From Tubulanus polymorphus (taxonomy: Eukaryota > Animalia > Nemertea): a DNA stretch of 64,000 nt. The stretch spans positions 11,927,950 to 11,991,949 of the forward strand of contig NC_134026.1 in the NCBI RefSeq assembly GCF_964204645.1, read 5' to 3'. Numbering within the stretch: the stretch's first letter is position 1; each line of letters opens with the position of its first letter. The position numbers and the translations under genes are program-made. The notes under the pieces were generated by a model, which had not been told where the DNA came from, searched no databases, and worked only from the letters and a program-made list of their open reading frames with translations. Below are positions 52,429 to 64,000 of the stretch, one piece after another.

Positions 52429-52713
52429 CTTAATACTTTTGGTTCGGAGAAAAAACTTTATAATATACTTGTTCGAACGAACTTGTTCAAATTAAAACGA
52501 TTGTGTTCGATCGAACGATTGTTTCGAACGAAAAACCTTTCGTTTGGACAAAAAAGTTTGTTCAACTTTGTTCTAACGATTTTTTCAAATTGGTTCAATC
52601 GAACAGAATATTATTGGTTGGAACGAAATAAATTTTGTTCCGACGAAAGAATTTGCAAGCGAAAGGTCTTTTGAACGAAAAAAAAAGATATTTCTGGGCT
52701 CCCCAGTAACTTA

Positions 52714-53014
52714 AAGCCGGACGTAGGTCGGCCTTTCGACGCGATGCGATTCTCGCGTTGCATCGCAAGTTCCGGTGTAAGTCGGTTGCGATACGATTGT
52801 CAGCGACTGTGTGCGACTAGTTTCTGCCAGTCGCAAGAGCGCGTAGGTTGGTTGTGACAGTCGCAGAAAGTAGAACACTTGCGACTCCTTGTGACTGGCG
52901 TTGCGGAAAGTCGCAACCCGTCGCAAGGGAGCGTGGGTCGTTGCGACACAATCGTCGCTGGTGGTCGCAGTGATTGGCGTCGCAGTGAGTCGCAAGGCCG
53001 ACCTACGCCCGGCT
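52714..53014. mobile_element. Harbinger-type MITE
   Basis: TIR AGCCGGACGTAGGTCGGCCTT/AAGGCCGACCTACGCCCGGCT; TCGCA subrepeats. Confidence 0.75.
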
Positions 53015-53559
53015 TAAGTCATTAGGAATTAATGAAATACCAGTTTCATTAATGATGAAAAAACTAAAATGAAAAGTCTGGCTTATATAGCTGTCTGCTC
53101 AGACGAAATTTTCAAAAAAAATCTTCATTTTTGGCAATAAAATTGATAATTGTGATTGATCGTTGCAAGTCACAACCAGTTAATCACTAATTAACATGAA
53201 TTTTAATAAATCTGATTCCTACTTTACAGTGAACTTAGCTTTAACTTATTAGAGGCTACTAGCCTATGTAGGCATATGTATATGCGTAGGCCTAACAACA
53301 TCCGGACAGATTGGTCGTAGGCCTATTGAATAACAACCCTCCTAAATATCGTAAATTTTGTTTTGAAGTTCAATCCAATGAGTCCGTTAATAAACGCAAC
53401 AATATTACTGTTTGTTTGAAACAATGATCGGTATGTACTGTAGGAAATAAAGAGTATTGATGGTATTGATATAGAGGTTGAAGCCCGCGGCCGAATAAAG
53501 TAATATATTTTTTATTTTGATACCTCGTCGACAAAACAGCTTTAAGTAATCACCAAATG

Positions 53560-56500
53560 TTGCTCTGAAACGCGGGAACGCCCAATTATCGATAATGGAC
53601 AGTGACGGAAATCGTACAGAAAGAGAACTGAAAAACGCCTTGTACGTGCCCAGCTATCCGCAGAATATCTTTTCAGTACAGGCGGCAACTCAAGAAGGTG
53701 GAACTGTAATTTTCAATCCTAATTCGGAAATGTTGAAATATGCCGATAGAGATTATGATATCCAAAAGAAGGGTAGGTTGTATTATTTAGAGATGTTGTC
53801 TGATAAAATAGAGTATCAAACTGATTCGTTTAGTGTAACTCGTGACCTACAAAGCTGGCACGAGATTTTAGGTCATTGTAACCATAATGACGTATTACAA
53901 CTTGAAAGTGTTGTTGAAGGGATGAAGATTTCTGGTAAAACAAAAAACCTATTGATTGTAATATATGTACCTTAGGTAAATTCACAAATCACAGAAATAG
54001 AAACCCTGATGCTAGGGCAAAATCAAAATTCGATCTGGTTCACATAGATCTAGCGGGACCAATCGAACCCACGTCCAAAGAAGGATTCCGGTATGCAGTA
54101 TCATTTACTGATGATTACACCGGAGCTGCATCTGTTTATTTCCTCAAGAGTAAATGCGATACGGTAATCGCGACGGAGAAGTATTTCTCAGATATGGCCC
54201 CTTTCGGAAAGATTAGATGTATACGTTCTGATAGAGGAACTGAGTTCATGTGTAAGAATTACAAGACCTTATTGATAAAGAATAAAATACGACATGATAC
54301 CTCAGCCCCATACTCTCCTCCCCATCTGAATGGTACCGCTGAGCGCCAGTGGTGAACTTTATTTGAGATGGGAAGATGTATGTTGTTTCCAGCGAAACTG
54401 TCAAACGATTTGTGGCCGTATGGCGTCATGGGAGCGGCATATAGTAGAAACCGCTGTTCCAACAAAAGGCCGAATAAAACGCCTTATCAAGCAATTACAG
54501 GGAGAAAACCGAATCTATCCAATTTGAGATTATTTGGGTCTGAATGTTATGCATACCTCCAGAATAAATCAAAATTAGACCCGAGATGTTCAAAAGGTAA
54601 TATTCGTAGGGTATGATAGAAATAGCCCATCATATTAAGTTTACTTCCCAGAGACAGGAAAAGTTATGAGGCACAGAGTTGTAAAGTTCAATCAGAAAAT
54701 AGTAACTGAACAGCAAACGCGAACACATGTTGATATCCGAGCTTATGACGATGATTCATTGTGCGAGTTTCCAAAGGAAAATTATGAAAATAGGTCACAA
54801 CCTAGCAGTCAAAAAGTTCAAGTATCGGAAACTGACTCACAGAATGAAACTCGAAATTCTAGGTATCCTCAGCGAAATTGTAAACGTCGCGGATATTTGG
54901 ACGACTATTTGTTAGAACCTAAGAATGAAATGTAGGAATGTAGGAATTGGAATAATGTGTTACACGAACATCTTGAAAAACATGGATTCAAACAAAGTTT
55001 GGTTGATCAATGTTTGTATGTTATGAATGTAGGAAATGAAATGGTTATTCTCTTAGTCTGGGTAGATGATGTAATCCTGGCGGTGAGTAGCAACAAATTG
55101 ATGTTAAAAACCAAACACATGTTAAGCAACAGGTTCAACATGAAGGACCTAGGAAAACTATCCTGGTTCTTGGGTATCGAGTTCGAACAGAACAATGATG
55201 TTGTAACAATGAGTCAACAAGTGTATATAGATAAATTGCTTCGCAGATTTGAAATGTTTGATTGTAAACCTAGAAAAACACCTTCAGAACAAAAATTGAA
55301 ATTGAATGCAAATTCTGAGAAGTTTGATCCAAAGAAATATAAAGAGTGCGTCGGTAGCCTGATGATATACGCCATGACGTGTACCAGACCCGATATTAGT
55401 TTCGTAGTAACCAAGTTGTCACACAGTATCTAGCGAATCCAACTGTTGAACATTGAACCTCAGCTAAGCATGTGCTGCGATACTTAAAAGGGACAATTGA
55501 TTACAAATTGGTGTATAGAAAGGATGATAGCTCAGGTTTAAAACTCACAGGCTATAGTGATGCCGATTGGGCTTCGTCGATTGACGATAGGAAAAGCATT
55601 ACGGGTTATTGTTTTAGTCTATCTGAAGGTAGTGCATTAATATCATGAAACAGCCAACAGTTGCGCTGTCATCATGCGAGGCGGAATATATGGCATTAGC
55701 AGCCGCAACAAAAGAAAGCCTCTATTTGATCCAAATCATGAAAGATCTTGATTATGAACACATGTATACCCCAGTTCTCATTCACGAAGATAACCAGGGA
55801 ACAATTAACTTGTGTAAGAACCTAGTAAATCACCAGAGATCAAAACACATAAACATACGGTACCACTTCATTAGATCTGAACTAAGTGCTGGGAAAATAA
55901 ACATAGAGCACGGCCCAACAGACTCTATGGTAGCAGATGTTTTTACAAAACCAAGTCTCTGTTTCAAATTAGAACAATTCTATAGTTTCATTTTTGGAAA
56001 TTAAAGTGTAATTGTTAGTGCTATGAAAAACGGATTTTGAGAGTGTTGTTTTTAAGTATTGTGGAAATATCTATAAGCTAATATGCTCAACATGAAATTA
56101 TGTCATGTATCACGTTTCCTTATGTATTCTGTATTTAGGTAATGGGTGAATTGTAATTCCTTTTGATTGTATTTGTCAAGTAGTATTTTTATTGTAAAAG
56201 GCTGAGATCAAGTGGGGGTGTTGAGAGATGATCTCTACTATTAATAGATCAGTACTGGCGCGATATTTTCCTGCGCTTTCTCTGTAACGTGCATGAAACC
56301 AAATGTTGACCTGATGTAAATTCAATTTAGTTCACGAGTAGTTGTCAATGACAGAAGACGTGTTTTTCTTAGGGATCATTCATTTATTACGTACGCATGA
56401 AATTTGAATTTTTCAACCCCCCTTCCCCTCTGTACGCATAATCGGCCAGTTTTATATACATTAATCATTACAGTACCAATTGCACTGACCCCTCCCCCTC

Positions 56501-56610
56501 CCCTAATGCGCACGTAATAAATGAATGACCCCTTAGTTCCTTTCTTGATCCTATGTCAGCAGTAGACGGTGACTCGTCAGTTTTCCCGGCACGACAGACT
56601 CTAATTCAAC
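53560..56610 (+). mobile_element. Ty1/Copia LTR retrotransposon remnant (integrase, partial RT, RNase H, 3' LTR)
   Basis: WHEILGH, VHIDLAGP, IRSDRGTEF, NGTAER, VWVDD, YSDADW, SSCEAEY; purine tract then LTR TGTTG(56219)...CAACA(56610). Confidence 0.92.
56372..56531. mobile_element. Harbinger-type MITE inside the Copia LTR
   Basis: TIR GGGRTCATTCATTTATTACGTRCGCAT; TTA duplication. Confidence 0.8.
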
Positions 56611-57010
56611 ACGTAAAGATTTACGATCTTACGAGTGTTGCGAACGAAAAAAACAACTGTATCCCACAAAGAACGGTATTTCGCTAGATCTCCAAGAGTG
56701 GGTACATAGGCCCATAGATTATTGTAAAGCCGATATCGAACACGAAATTGCGCGCGTTAAAGAAGATATCGATTACGTAGGCGTGATGACCGTCGGTCGT
56801 TCGAACTTTATCAAAATCTATAGATCTAGTCACGATCATCGTATTTACGTAGATATTCGAAAATACTATCTACACGATGAGCTTTTCGACGTAACTCAGA
56901 CTAGATGCGGTATAAAACTAACATTGGAACCATGGAAAAAGTTGAAAGACATTAATTTTAACGAAGATATACCCGAACTAACCAATATGAAACCGTGTTG
57001 GTATGACTCG
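56611..57010 (+). pseudogene. Second copy of the tandem-PC4 gene, cut by the Copia insertion
   Basis: Highly similar to the reverse complement of ~40575-40980. Confidence 0.8.
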
Positions 57011-57174
57011 ACATTAATTGTGTTCCTTAAAGTCACCGACAATATTTTGAGTGTTTTCGTTACACCCGTATACGTGAATGAGGTTGTTTTCGGTCAATTG
57101 CTATAAGCTTATGATTTCTTGCTATGAAAAATTTAATCAAGCATTGACCATGGCGTCCGTCAACATATTAGTCG

Positions 57175-57370
57175 TTAGTCTGAATAAAATGTCTCTGGTA
57201 TGGGTGCTATGGTGCTTGGAATCATGTCCCTAACTGTACACCGTACTGTATCTTTGTACTGTATCTTTTTATTTTCAGTACTACCGTAATTGACTATGAT
57301 GTTTTCAAGTGGTCTTAAGTACCGCTTAAGTCGTTGATTTATGTGAAATCTACACACAGCGCCACCCCTT
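57175..57370 (-). repeat. Uninterrupted copy of the repeat split at 17228/21540 and 28520/32243
   Basis: Direct sequence match. Confidence 0.8.
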
Positions 57371-57679
57371 ACTATCTACATGCGCGGAGACTGCCCCCCC
57401 CCCCCACAACGGACAGCCCGCTGTGGGGGGGGGGGGTTTCCCGCACTGGGCGGCTCCGCGGCTCGAGCCAACCCTTATTCGAGCAAACCGCATAATGGGT
57501 CAGTGACCGTGTTGAATGTTAAAACTGTTATTTCTTTTGATAACTTGTAAATTGCTATAACTTTTATCTCTTTTGTTTGTAACTGTGATTGTGATTTGTT
57601 CATTTATTGTCGTATATCTGATGATGTAATGTTTCAACAATGATCAATAAAGTGTGAATTGAATTGGATTAATATGAAC

Positions 57680-59895
57680 GATCCAAAATGGTAGACTGGT
57701 CGCCTGTCCAATTCTGCGCCACCTGCATTCGCAGTCAGAATAGGACAGGTTTAACCCGTCCGCCATCTTCCGCGGAATATACGGATCCAATCAGATTACA
57801 GTATTTCATCACGTGAACAATGTAACATGGCCGCCTCCAGAGTGTCTCAATTTCATATGAGTTAAACTGCAGCGATGAAGAAAGAGACTCGACCAAAACT
57901 ATCAGGTAACGCTTCTGCGGGCACCTGTATTGCGTGTGGCTTCGAAAATATCGATATACAATTCAAGATGTCTCCGTTACAGCGCCGTCAAAATCTACCC
58001 TGCTCGAAGGAACGGTCGTCAATCGACAGCAACAACGAACTTGAGATTGGAAAACCAATCTCCACTGATTGACGTACTTACTGAACTGAACCAGCCATGC
58101 AGCAGAGGCCACGACACCAGCAATTTGTCTGTTCACTTAAGATGATTGATTGATTAATCTGAATGTGATACTGGACATTAGCAGTCAATTTCAGTGTGGT
58201 GAAAATATTATACGACAGGTAACTTCCCTTACTTCACTTCAATGACAATGTCTTTTAAAACTTGTGAACAGTAAATGAATACTTATTTACAAATATACTG
58301 TTGATTGTCTATTTGTAGGTCATTGTGTGTGTTCTGATGAAGATTTTCTGAGATACAACTCAGAATTTCTTGAATTAGAAGTTATAGGCCTACGTATTAA
58401 ATTGAATGAGCTCAACATGCACAGAATGAATTGTCGTTGTATCATGGTAAGTTTGAAAAATGGATGAGACATGGATTGAAAAGTCAATCCAGGTTTAATT
58501 GTTGGTGATATATATGTTGATTCAATTTCAGAAAGTAACGTCAATCACGAATCAAAGAGATTAACGAATCCAGCACTAATCGTAAAGAAATTAGATTCCA
58601 AAAAACGATGAAACTCCTTGATTCTGATACAGTGATGAGGTTTAAAGAGCTGGAATTTATGAATAACTACACGAGCGAGCATGGATTTAGGCCTACTGTC
58701 TGGTCAAGACTTGGTCTTTTTGATTCGAGTTAAGTTAGAGATATCAGTGTCATTGGGATGAAATTGGGATGATCCTGATGTCCCTGATTTGAATGATAGT
58801 GTCTTTAGAATCATAAAAACCATGTCTCGACAGATAATCCAATGACTATTCAAATTGAAGGCTCGCTAGTGCAGTTATTCACAGAATCCAGCTGTTTAAA
58901 CCTCATCAGTTTATCAGATCGTGAGCAGTGGAGAAATACAGTACACAACATCTTGGCGCAGCGGCGCTTGCTGATGTAACTGATGATGAGTTTATCAGAA
59001 TCGAGGAGTTCCACCCCCTGTTATTTGGAATCTCATTTCATGACAGCTGGTGCTGATTCTTTATTCTCTTTGATTATTGCATGATATTATCATTCTGAAA
59101 TTAAAATACATATCACACTTACAATTAAGCCTGGATTGACTTTACAATTAATGGTTCAGAATCCATTTTTCAAACTTACCTTGATGCATTGCAATCTATT
59201 CTTTTCATGTTGAGCTAATTTTATATGCGTTACTTCAATTTCTTAAAACATCCTACGAGTTGTGACTCACAAAATCATCACTAAAACACTCACAATAATC
59301 TACAATGGATAATCAACATAGTGTTAGTGAAATAGAATATTCAATGTTCACATTTTTACGAAGTAAGTAAGTAGGTGAAGTTAACTTGTTGATGTCACTA
59401 TTTTCACTGGATCAATTGCTGATGTCCAATGCCACATTCAGAACAATCAATCAATCGCCTCGAGTGAACAAACAAGTAGCCTCCGCTGCAAGGTTCAGTA
59501 TGTCAGTATTGTTATAGTAGTATTGTATGTATTGTTGTTTCCATCCACCAATCCAAATTGCTGATTGACGACCGGTAGGTTTCGACGGCGGTGTCACGCA
59601 GCCATCCTGAATTGAATACCAATATTTTCGGTACCACACGCTAAACAAGTGCCTGCAGAAGCGTTACCTGGCAGTTTTAACGGAATTTCTTTCTTCATTG
59701 GTATAAAAATGACTTTAAAGAGGTCCATGGAACGTAAACGAGACACAGTGTAGGCGGCCATGTTACATTGTTCACTTGATGAAATACTGAAATCTGATTG
59801 GATCCGTAAAATCCGTGGAAGATGGCGGACGGGCAAATCCTGTCCCATATTGAATGAGACAGGCAACCAGTCTAGTAAAATGGAGGATGGGATCA
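57680..59895. mobile_element. Diverged foldback element with ~1 kb arms
   Basis: 57760-57840 pairs with 59745-59832; 58600-58660 pairs with 58870-59030. Confidence 0.7.
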
Positions 59896-60803
59896 ATGTC
59901 ACAACCCAAGTGGCAATCACCCCGTATTCAAACTATTATAAATTGAAGATTTCAGAGGTGGCAAACAAATCATCGTGCTCTCCAGGAAAAGAAGAAAAAT
60001 AGTTCATATGAAGTAGAAGATTAAGAAATTATATAAACGGAAGCCAAATCATTCATTACGAGCGGGTGGATCCGATTGTTTTTTGAATTTTTGCCACGCT
60101 GGGCGGCCCCGCAACCGCCAATTCGTTCGTTGGAATTAATACAATTTATATCTCCCAGTTTTGCTGTGATTGGGATTTTGAAAAATCGATCTTGTGAGAA
60201 TAGAATGGTACCGGTATTAGTAGTACGTATTTATAGTTTAGTATCACGTAGTAAAAGACTGCTTAGCGGGTGGATGATATCCTCGTTAGTAAGCCTGTGA
60301 AGTCCGTTCATTGGGTTATCATAAAGCCATTCGTCTAACATAATCCAGACGGAAAATATGGACCGAATCTCAACTGCATATTAAAACACAGCATGCTGTG
60401 TTTTAATATGCAGTTGAGGTTCGGTCCAATTAATAAAGCAACCGATGTGATGAATAAATTCGACGATCATACAAACATTTCGGGGACAAAAATCAGCCGT
60501 CAGATAATTTCCTATTATTGGCATTTAAGTCCAACTTTCCCTAGTTGAATAGCTCACAGACTTGGAATCATACCGAAAATAGCAATAGTGGAATTAGTAA
60601 TAGGAAAAGTAGGCTTTCAGATCAGAGTACGAGAGTACGAGCTCACTTAACATCTCTACCTCTAAAATGAAGCCTAAATTCCCTATTTCTCTTAATAATT
60701 TCATATAAATGAACATTAATTTACATGATCTCATCACTTTCATTTCCCACATAGCGATATTCAATTAATTAAAAAAATTATTTTTTGCTTTTTCTCTAAA
60801 ATA

Positions 60804-61145
60804 TTAATCCATTTTTTTTATTGTCAATTTTGGAATTTCAGAAGTATTTTCATTTTTGATAGCAGTTGTTTCAGAATTATTAATATCATGAATTTAATTT
60901 GATTTTTTATACCAATTACACCCAATCAAAATGAATACAATTACAAATCCAACGGTAAAATATAGATATTTATCAAATATTCTATTATTAGAAGGAGTAG
61001 AAATAACAATATTTTCACCATTTTTATTACTTATTTTTTCTTTTACAGCTTTTTTATATTCTTGTGATTTAATTCCTAATTGCCGAGACCATTCAATTTG
61101 TTTCGGACTTCTCGGTTTTTTCTTCACTTCTTCCACCTTGTTCAT
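60804..61145 (-). pseudogene. TM protein, copy A (premature end at 60894)
   Basis: Paralog of 63246-63599; TAAATG start. Confidence 0.6.
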
Positions 61146-61685
61146 TTATTATAGAAATATTTTTACTTTCAATATTTGAAAATCTTATAACTCCAGTTGA
61201 TAATAATGTAATAAATCCACCTAATTGAAATGATAAATATCCAATCCATTTATTTAATTCGGTCATAACTAAATAATCATTTTTTAAATCAGCATATAAT
61301 CTATTTTTATCTTCAATTAGTAGTATATAATTACATAATTTACTGTAACCTTTTACTACATTTTCTGATATCGCGTCATTAATTCTAGCTGTTCTCGCGG
61401 TTTCATAAATCTTAAATAATCTAATAATTTCATCTGATTTCATTGTATCTAATTCATTATAAGTTAAATTTTTACCGATAAAATGTTTACATTTTCCAGA
61501 TGCTATTAATATTTCTAATTGATGTTTACAATAAAGATAATATTCATAATTATTATTTGTTGTAACATTATTTAAAGCACCATCATCTGGAGTTAATTTT
61601 GTTTCTGTTATTCCTAAATCATCTAAAGTTTTTTCAATTGGAACATCGCTTTATTTTTAGATTTTATTTTCTTTTCACCTCCCAT
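61093..61685 (-). pseudogene. Conserved Polinton protein (KHFIGKNLTYNELDTMKSDEIIRLFKIYE), frameshift near the start
   Basis: TAAATG at 61685; open frame upstream of the Met at 61443. Confidence 0.6.
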
Positions 61686-62032
61686 TTATATAACAAAAAA
61701 ATTAGTTGTGATGTTGCAACTAGAATTTAACTAGAATGTAACTAAAAATCAACTAGATTAACAAACTAGTTGAATTATTATTGTTTTTATTTATTTCTTG
61801 TTAAATCTAGTTCATTTTTGTTCCAACTACCAATAACTAGAATTCAACTAGAACGTAACTAAAAATATACTAGATTAACAAGCTAGTTAAAATATTGTTG
61901 AATTTTATTTGATTTTTGTTTCAAATACCAATAACTAGAATGCAACTAGTAATTAGAAAAGTAGGCTTTCAGGCCAGAGGACGAGAGGACGAGACACCAC
62001 TCATCACCACAAGTAATTTTTTTCCCTAATAA

Positions 62033-62359
62033 ATGGGAGATAGAAAAGCATTCTTAGCAACAATAAATAACAGAATAAAACCAGCAAAAAAACAATTTGA
62101 AATAAAAAAGTTAGTTGATGTTACAAAAGAAATTGAACATAAAATATTGAAATTAGAAAAGATAAAAACTAAATATGGAGAGAAAGTATCAGCTAATTTA
62201 AGCTACTGTAATGTTAGTACATCGCGAGAATTTAAAGTGTTTTTACCCGATAAATGGGTTTCATTGAGTATGGAGGAATTGAAAGATTTAGAAGGATTTA
62301 AAATAATCTATCATGGGAAAAATGAAGACGGTCATCATGATTTAGAAATTGTTGATTAA
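62033..62359 (+). CDS. Small Polinton protein (KTKYGEKV..VFLP..IIYHG), possibly an OB-fold SSB
   Basis: Intact 108 aa ORF directly after the terminal promoter; fold is inference only. Confidence 0.55.
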   Translation: MGDRKAFLATINNRIKPAKKQFEIKKLVDVTKEIEHKILKLEKIKTKYGEKVSANLSYCNVSTSREFKVFLPDKWVSLSMEELKDLEGFKIIYHGKNEDGHHDLEIVD

Positions 62360-62516
62360 ATTTAAAAAAAATAAATTAATAAAAATAATGAATATCTAGA
62401 ATCCGAAATGACTTATCTGGACAATTTAATTGCTCCACATAGATAGACAAAAGTAGTGAGATATTCAATTATTTTTTTTCATACTCATCACCACAAGTAA
62501 TTTTTTTCCCTAATAA

Positions 62517-63209
62517 ATGGAACCAGAACAACCACAAACTATCAATATTACAAATAACACTGGCGTTATAAACATATACTACAAGAAGTGTTCTAAATGT
62601 GAATTAGATAAATCATTTACAGAATTTAGTAAGCGTAAGATTAGCAAAGATGGTTTTCAAAATTGTTGTAAAACTTGTTTTAAACTATATACCAAACAAT
62701 ATCGAGAAGATAATAGAGAATCTTATAATGATTATATGACAAAATATATGAGAGAAAGATATCAAACAGATCTTAATTTTAGATTGAAACAATGCTTACG
62801 GTCTAGATTAACACAATTATTCAACAAAGAAACACATTCAGAAACACTATCTAATTTATTGGGTTGTTCAGATGAATTTCTCAAATCATGGATAATATAT
62901 CAATTCGACGATAAAATGAATATAGATAATTATGGTGAATACTTTCATATTGATCATGTGTTGCCGATTTCTAAATTTGACATGAATGATGAATATGATA
63001 AGAAGCAAATCTAGAACTGGAGAAATTTAAGGCCTTTAGAAAAGAAAGAAAATATAATTAAATCTAACAAACTAGATATGAAATTATATTCAGAACAGTT
63101 AACAAAGGCAAAGAAATTTATTGATCAATGGAACAATAATCCAAATAATGAACGATACGTTGAGGAATCCGAAATGACTTATCTAGACAATTTAATTGCT
63201 CCGCAGTGA
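62517..63209 (+). pseudogene. NCLDV-type HNH/endonuclease VII-like nuclease with in-frame TAG at 63012
   Basis: CSKC..CKTC, DLNFRLKQCLRSRL, LGCS..LKSWI, NYGEYFHIDHVLP, *NWRNLRPLEKKENIIKSNK. Confidence 0.8.
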
Positions 63210-63245
63210 GATATTCAATTATTTTTTTGCTTTTTTTCTAAAATA

Positions 63246-63599
63246 TTAATCCATTTTTTTTATTGTCAATTTTGGAATTTCAGAAGTACTTTCATTTTTG
63301 ATAGCAGTTGGTTCAGAATTACTAATATCATGAATTTTATTTGATTTCTTATACCAATTACACCCAATCAAAATGAATACAATTACAAATCCAACTGTAA
63401 AATATAAATATTTATCAAATATTCTACTATCAGAAGGAGTAGAAATAACAATATTTTCACCATTTTTATTAACATTTTTATTACTCATTTTTTCTTTTAC
63501 AGCTTTTTTATATTCTTGTGATTTAATTCCTAATTGCCGAGACCATTCAATTTGTTTCTGAGTTCTCGGTTTTTTCTTCACTTCTTTCACCTCGCTCAT
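63246..63599 (-). CDS. TM protein, copy B
   Basis: 117 aa, TAAATG start, one TM helix. Confidence 0.6.
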   Translation of the reverse strand: MSEVKEVKKKPRTQKQIEWSRQLGIKSQEYKKAVKEKMSNKNVNKNGENIVISTPSDSRIFDKYLYFTVGFVIVFILIGCNWYKKSNKIHDISNSEPTAIKNESTSEIPKLTIKKMD

Positions 63600-64000
63600 T
63601 TATTATAGAAATATTTTTACTTTCAATATTTGAAAATGTTATAACTCCAGTTGATAATAATGTCATAAATCCACCTAATTGAAATGATAAATATCCAATC
63701 CATTTATTTAATTCAGTCATAACTAAATAATCATTTTTTAAATCGGAATATAATCTATTTTCATCTTCAATTGGTAGTATATAATTACATAATTTACTAT
63801 AACCTTTTACTACATTTTCTGATATCGCGTCATTAATTCTAGCTGTTCTCGCGGCTTCATAAATCTTAAATAATCTAATAATTTCATCTGATTTCATTGT
63901 GTCTAATTCATTATAAGTTAAATTTTTACTAACAAAATTTTTACATTTTCCAGATGCTATTAATATTTCTAATTGATGTTTACAATAAAGATAATATTCA
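63547..64000 (-). CDS. Conserved Polinton protein, copy B (start outside window)
   Basis: Paralog of 61093-61685. Confidence 0.6.
   Translation of the reverse strand, partial: EYYLYCKHQLEILIASGKCKNFVSKNLTYNELDTMKSDEIIRLFKIYEAARTARINDAISENVVKGYSKLCNYILPIEDENRLYSDLKNDYLVMTELNKWIGYLSFQLGGFMTLLSTGVITFSNIESKNISIINERGERSEEKTENSETN

Larger units (their letters stand above)
60596..64000 (+). mobile_element. Polinton end cluster of the same family as 1-10032: two termini (60596, 61948) and a duplicated gene block
   Basis: AGTAAT..AAAAGTAGGCTTTCAG termini; ~60755-61540 repeated at ~63208-64000. Confidence 0.85.

Noticed and set aside
10032-60596. One giant Polinton enclosing RPL26 between two TIRs
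   Set aside because: The termini face outward (elements extend left of 10032 and right of 60596), and the flanks GATAAA and GGAATT are not a TSD.
2781-63209. Alternative genetic code or stop readthrough in the viral genes
   Set aside because: In-frame stops are of all three kinds (TGA, TAA, TAG) and co-occur with frameshifts, which indicates decay.

Overview
This is an animal (invertebrate-type) genomic window dominated by mobile DNA around one host gene, RPL26 (coding exons 35829-35996, 36514-36654 and 45378-45500). Both ends carry very AT-rich, decaying Polinton/Maverick (adintovirus-like) sequence of one family, sharing an AGTAAT...TTTCAG terminus. The left element (1-10032) encodes a protein-primed PolB interrupted, exactly inside its catalytic YFD/TD motif, by a full LAGLIDADG intein. 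It also encodes a penton-like gene, a poxvirus-VLTF3-like gene and several small membrane proteins. Nearly every viral gene starts at a poxvirus-late-promoter-like (T-run)...TAAATG. The right cluster (60596-64000) has two termini, a tandemly repeated gene block and an NCLDV-type HNH endonuclease. The middle holds a ~6 kb-arm inverted repeat, two RTEX/CR1-like LINEs, Penelope fragments with hammerhead ribozymes, a Copia remnant, Helentron-type elements, a mobile tandem-PC4 gene and many MITEs. All calls were made by eye from motifs; no database searches were run.
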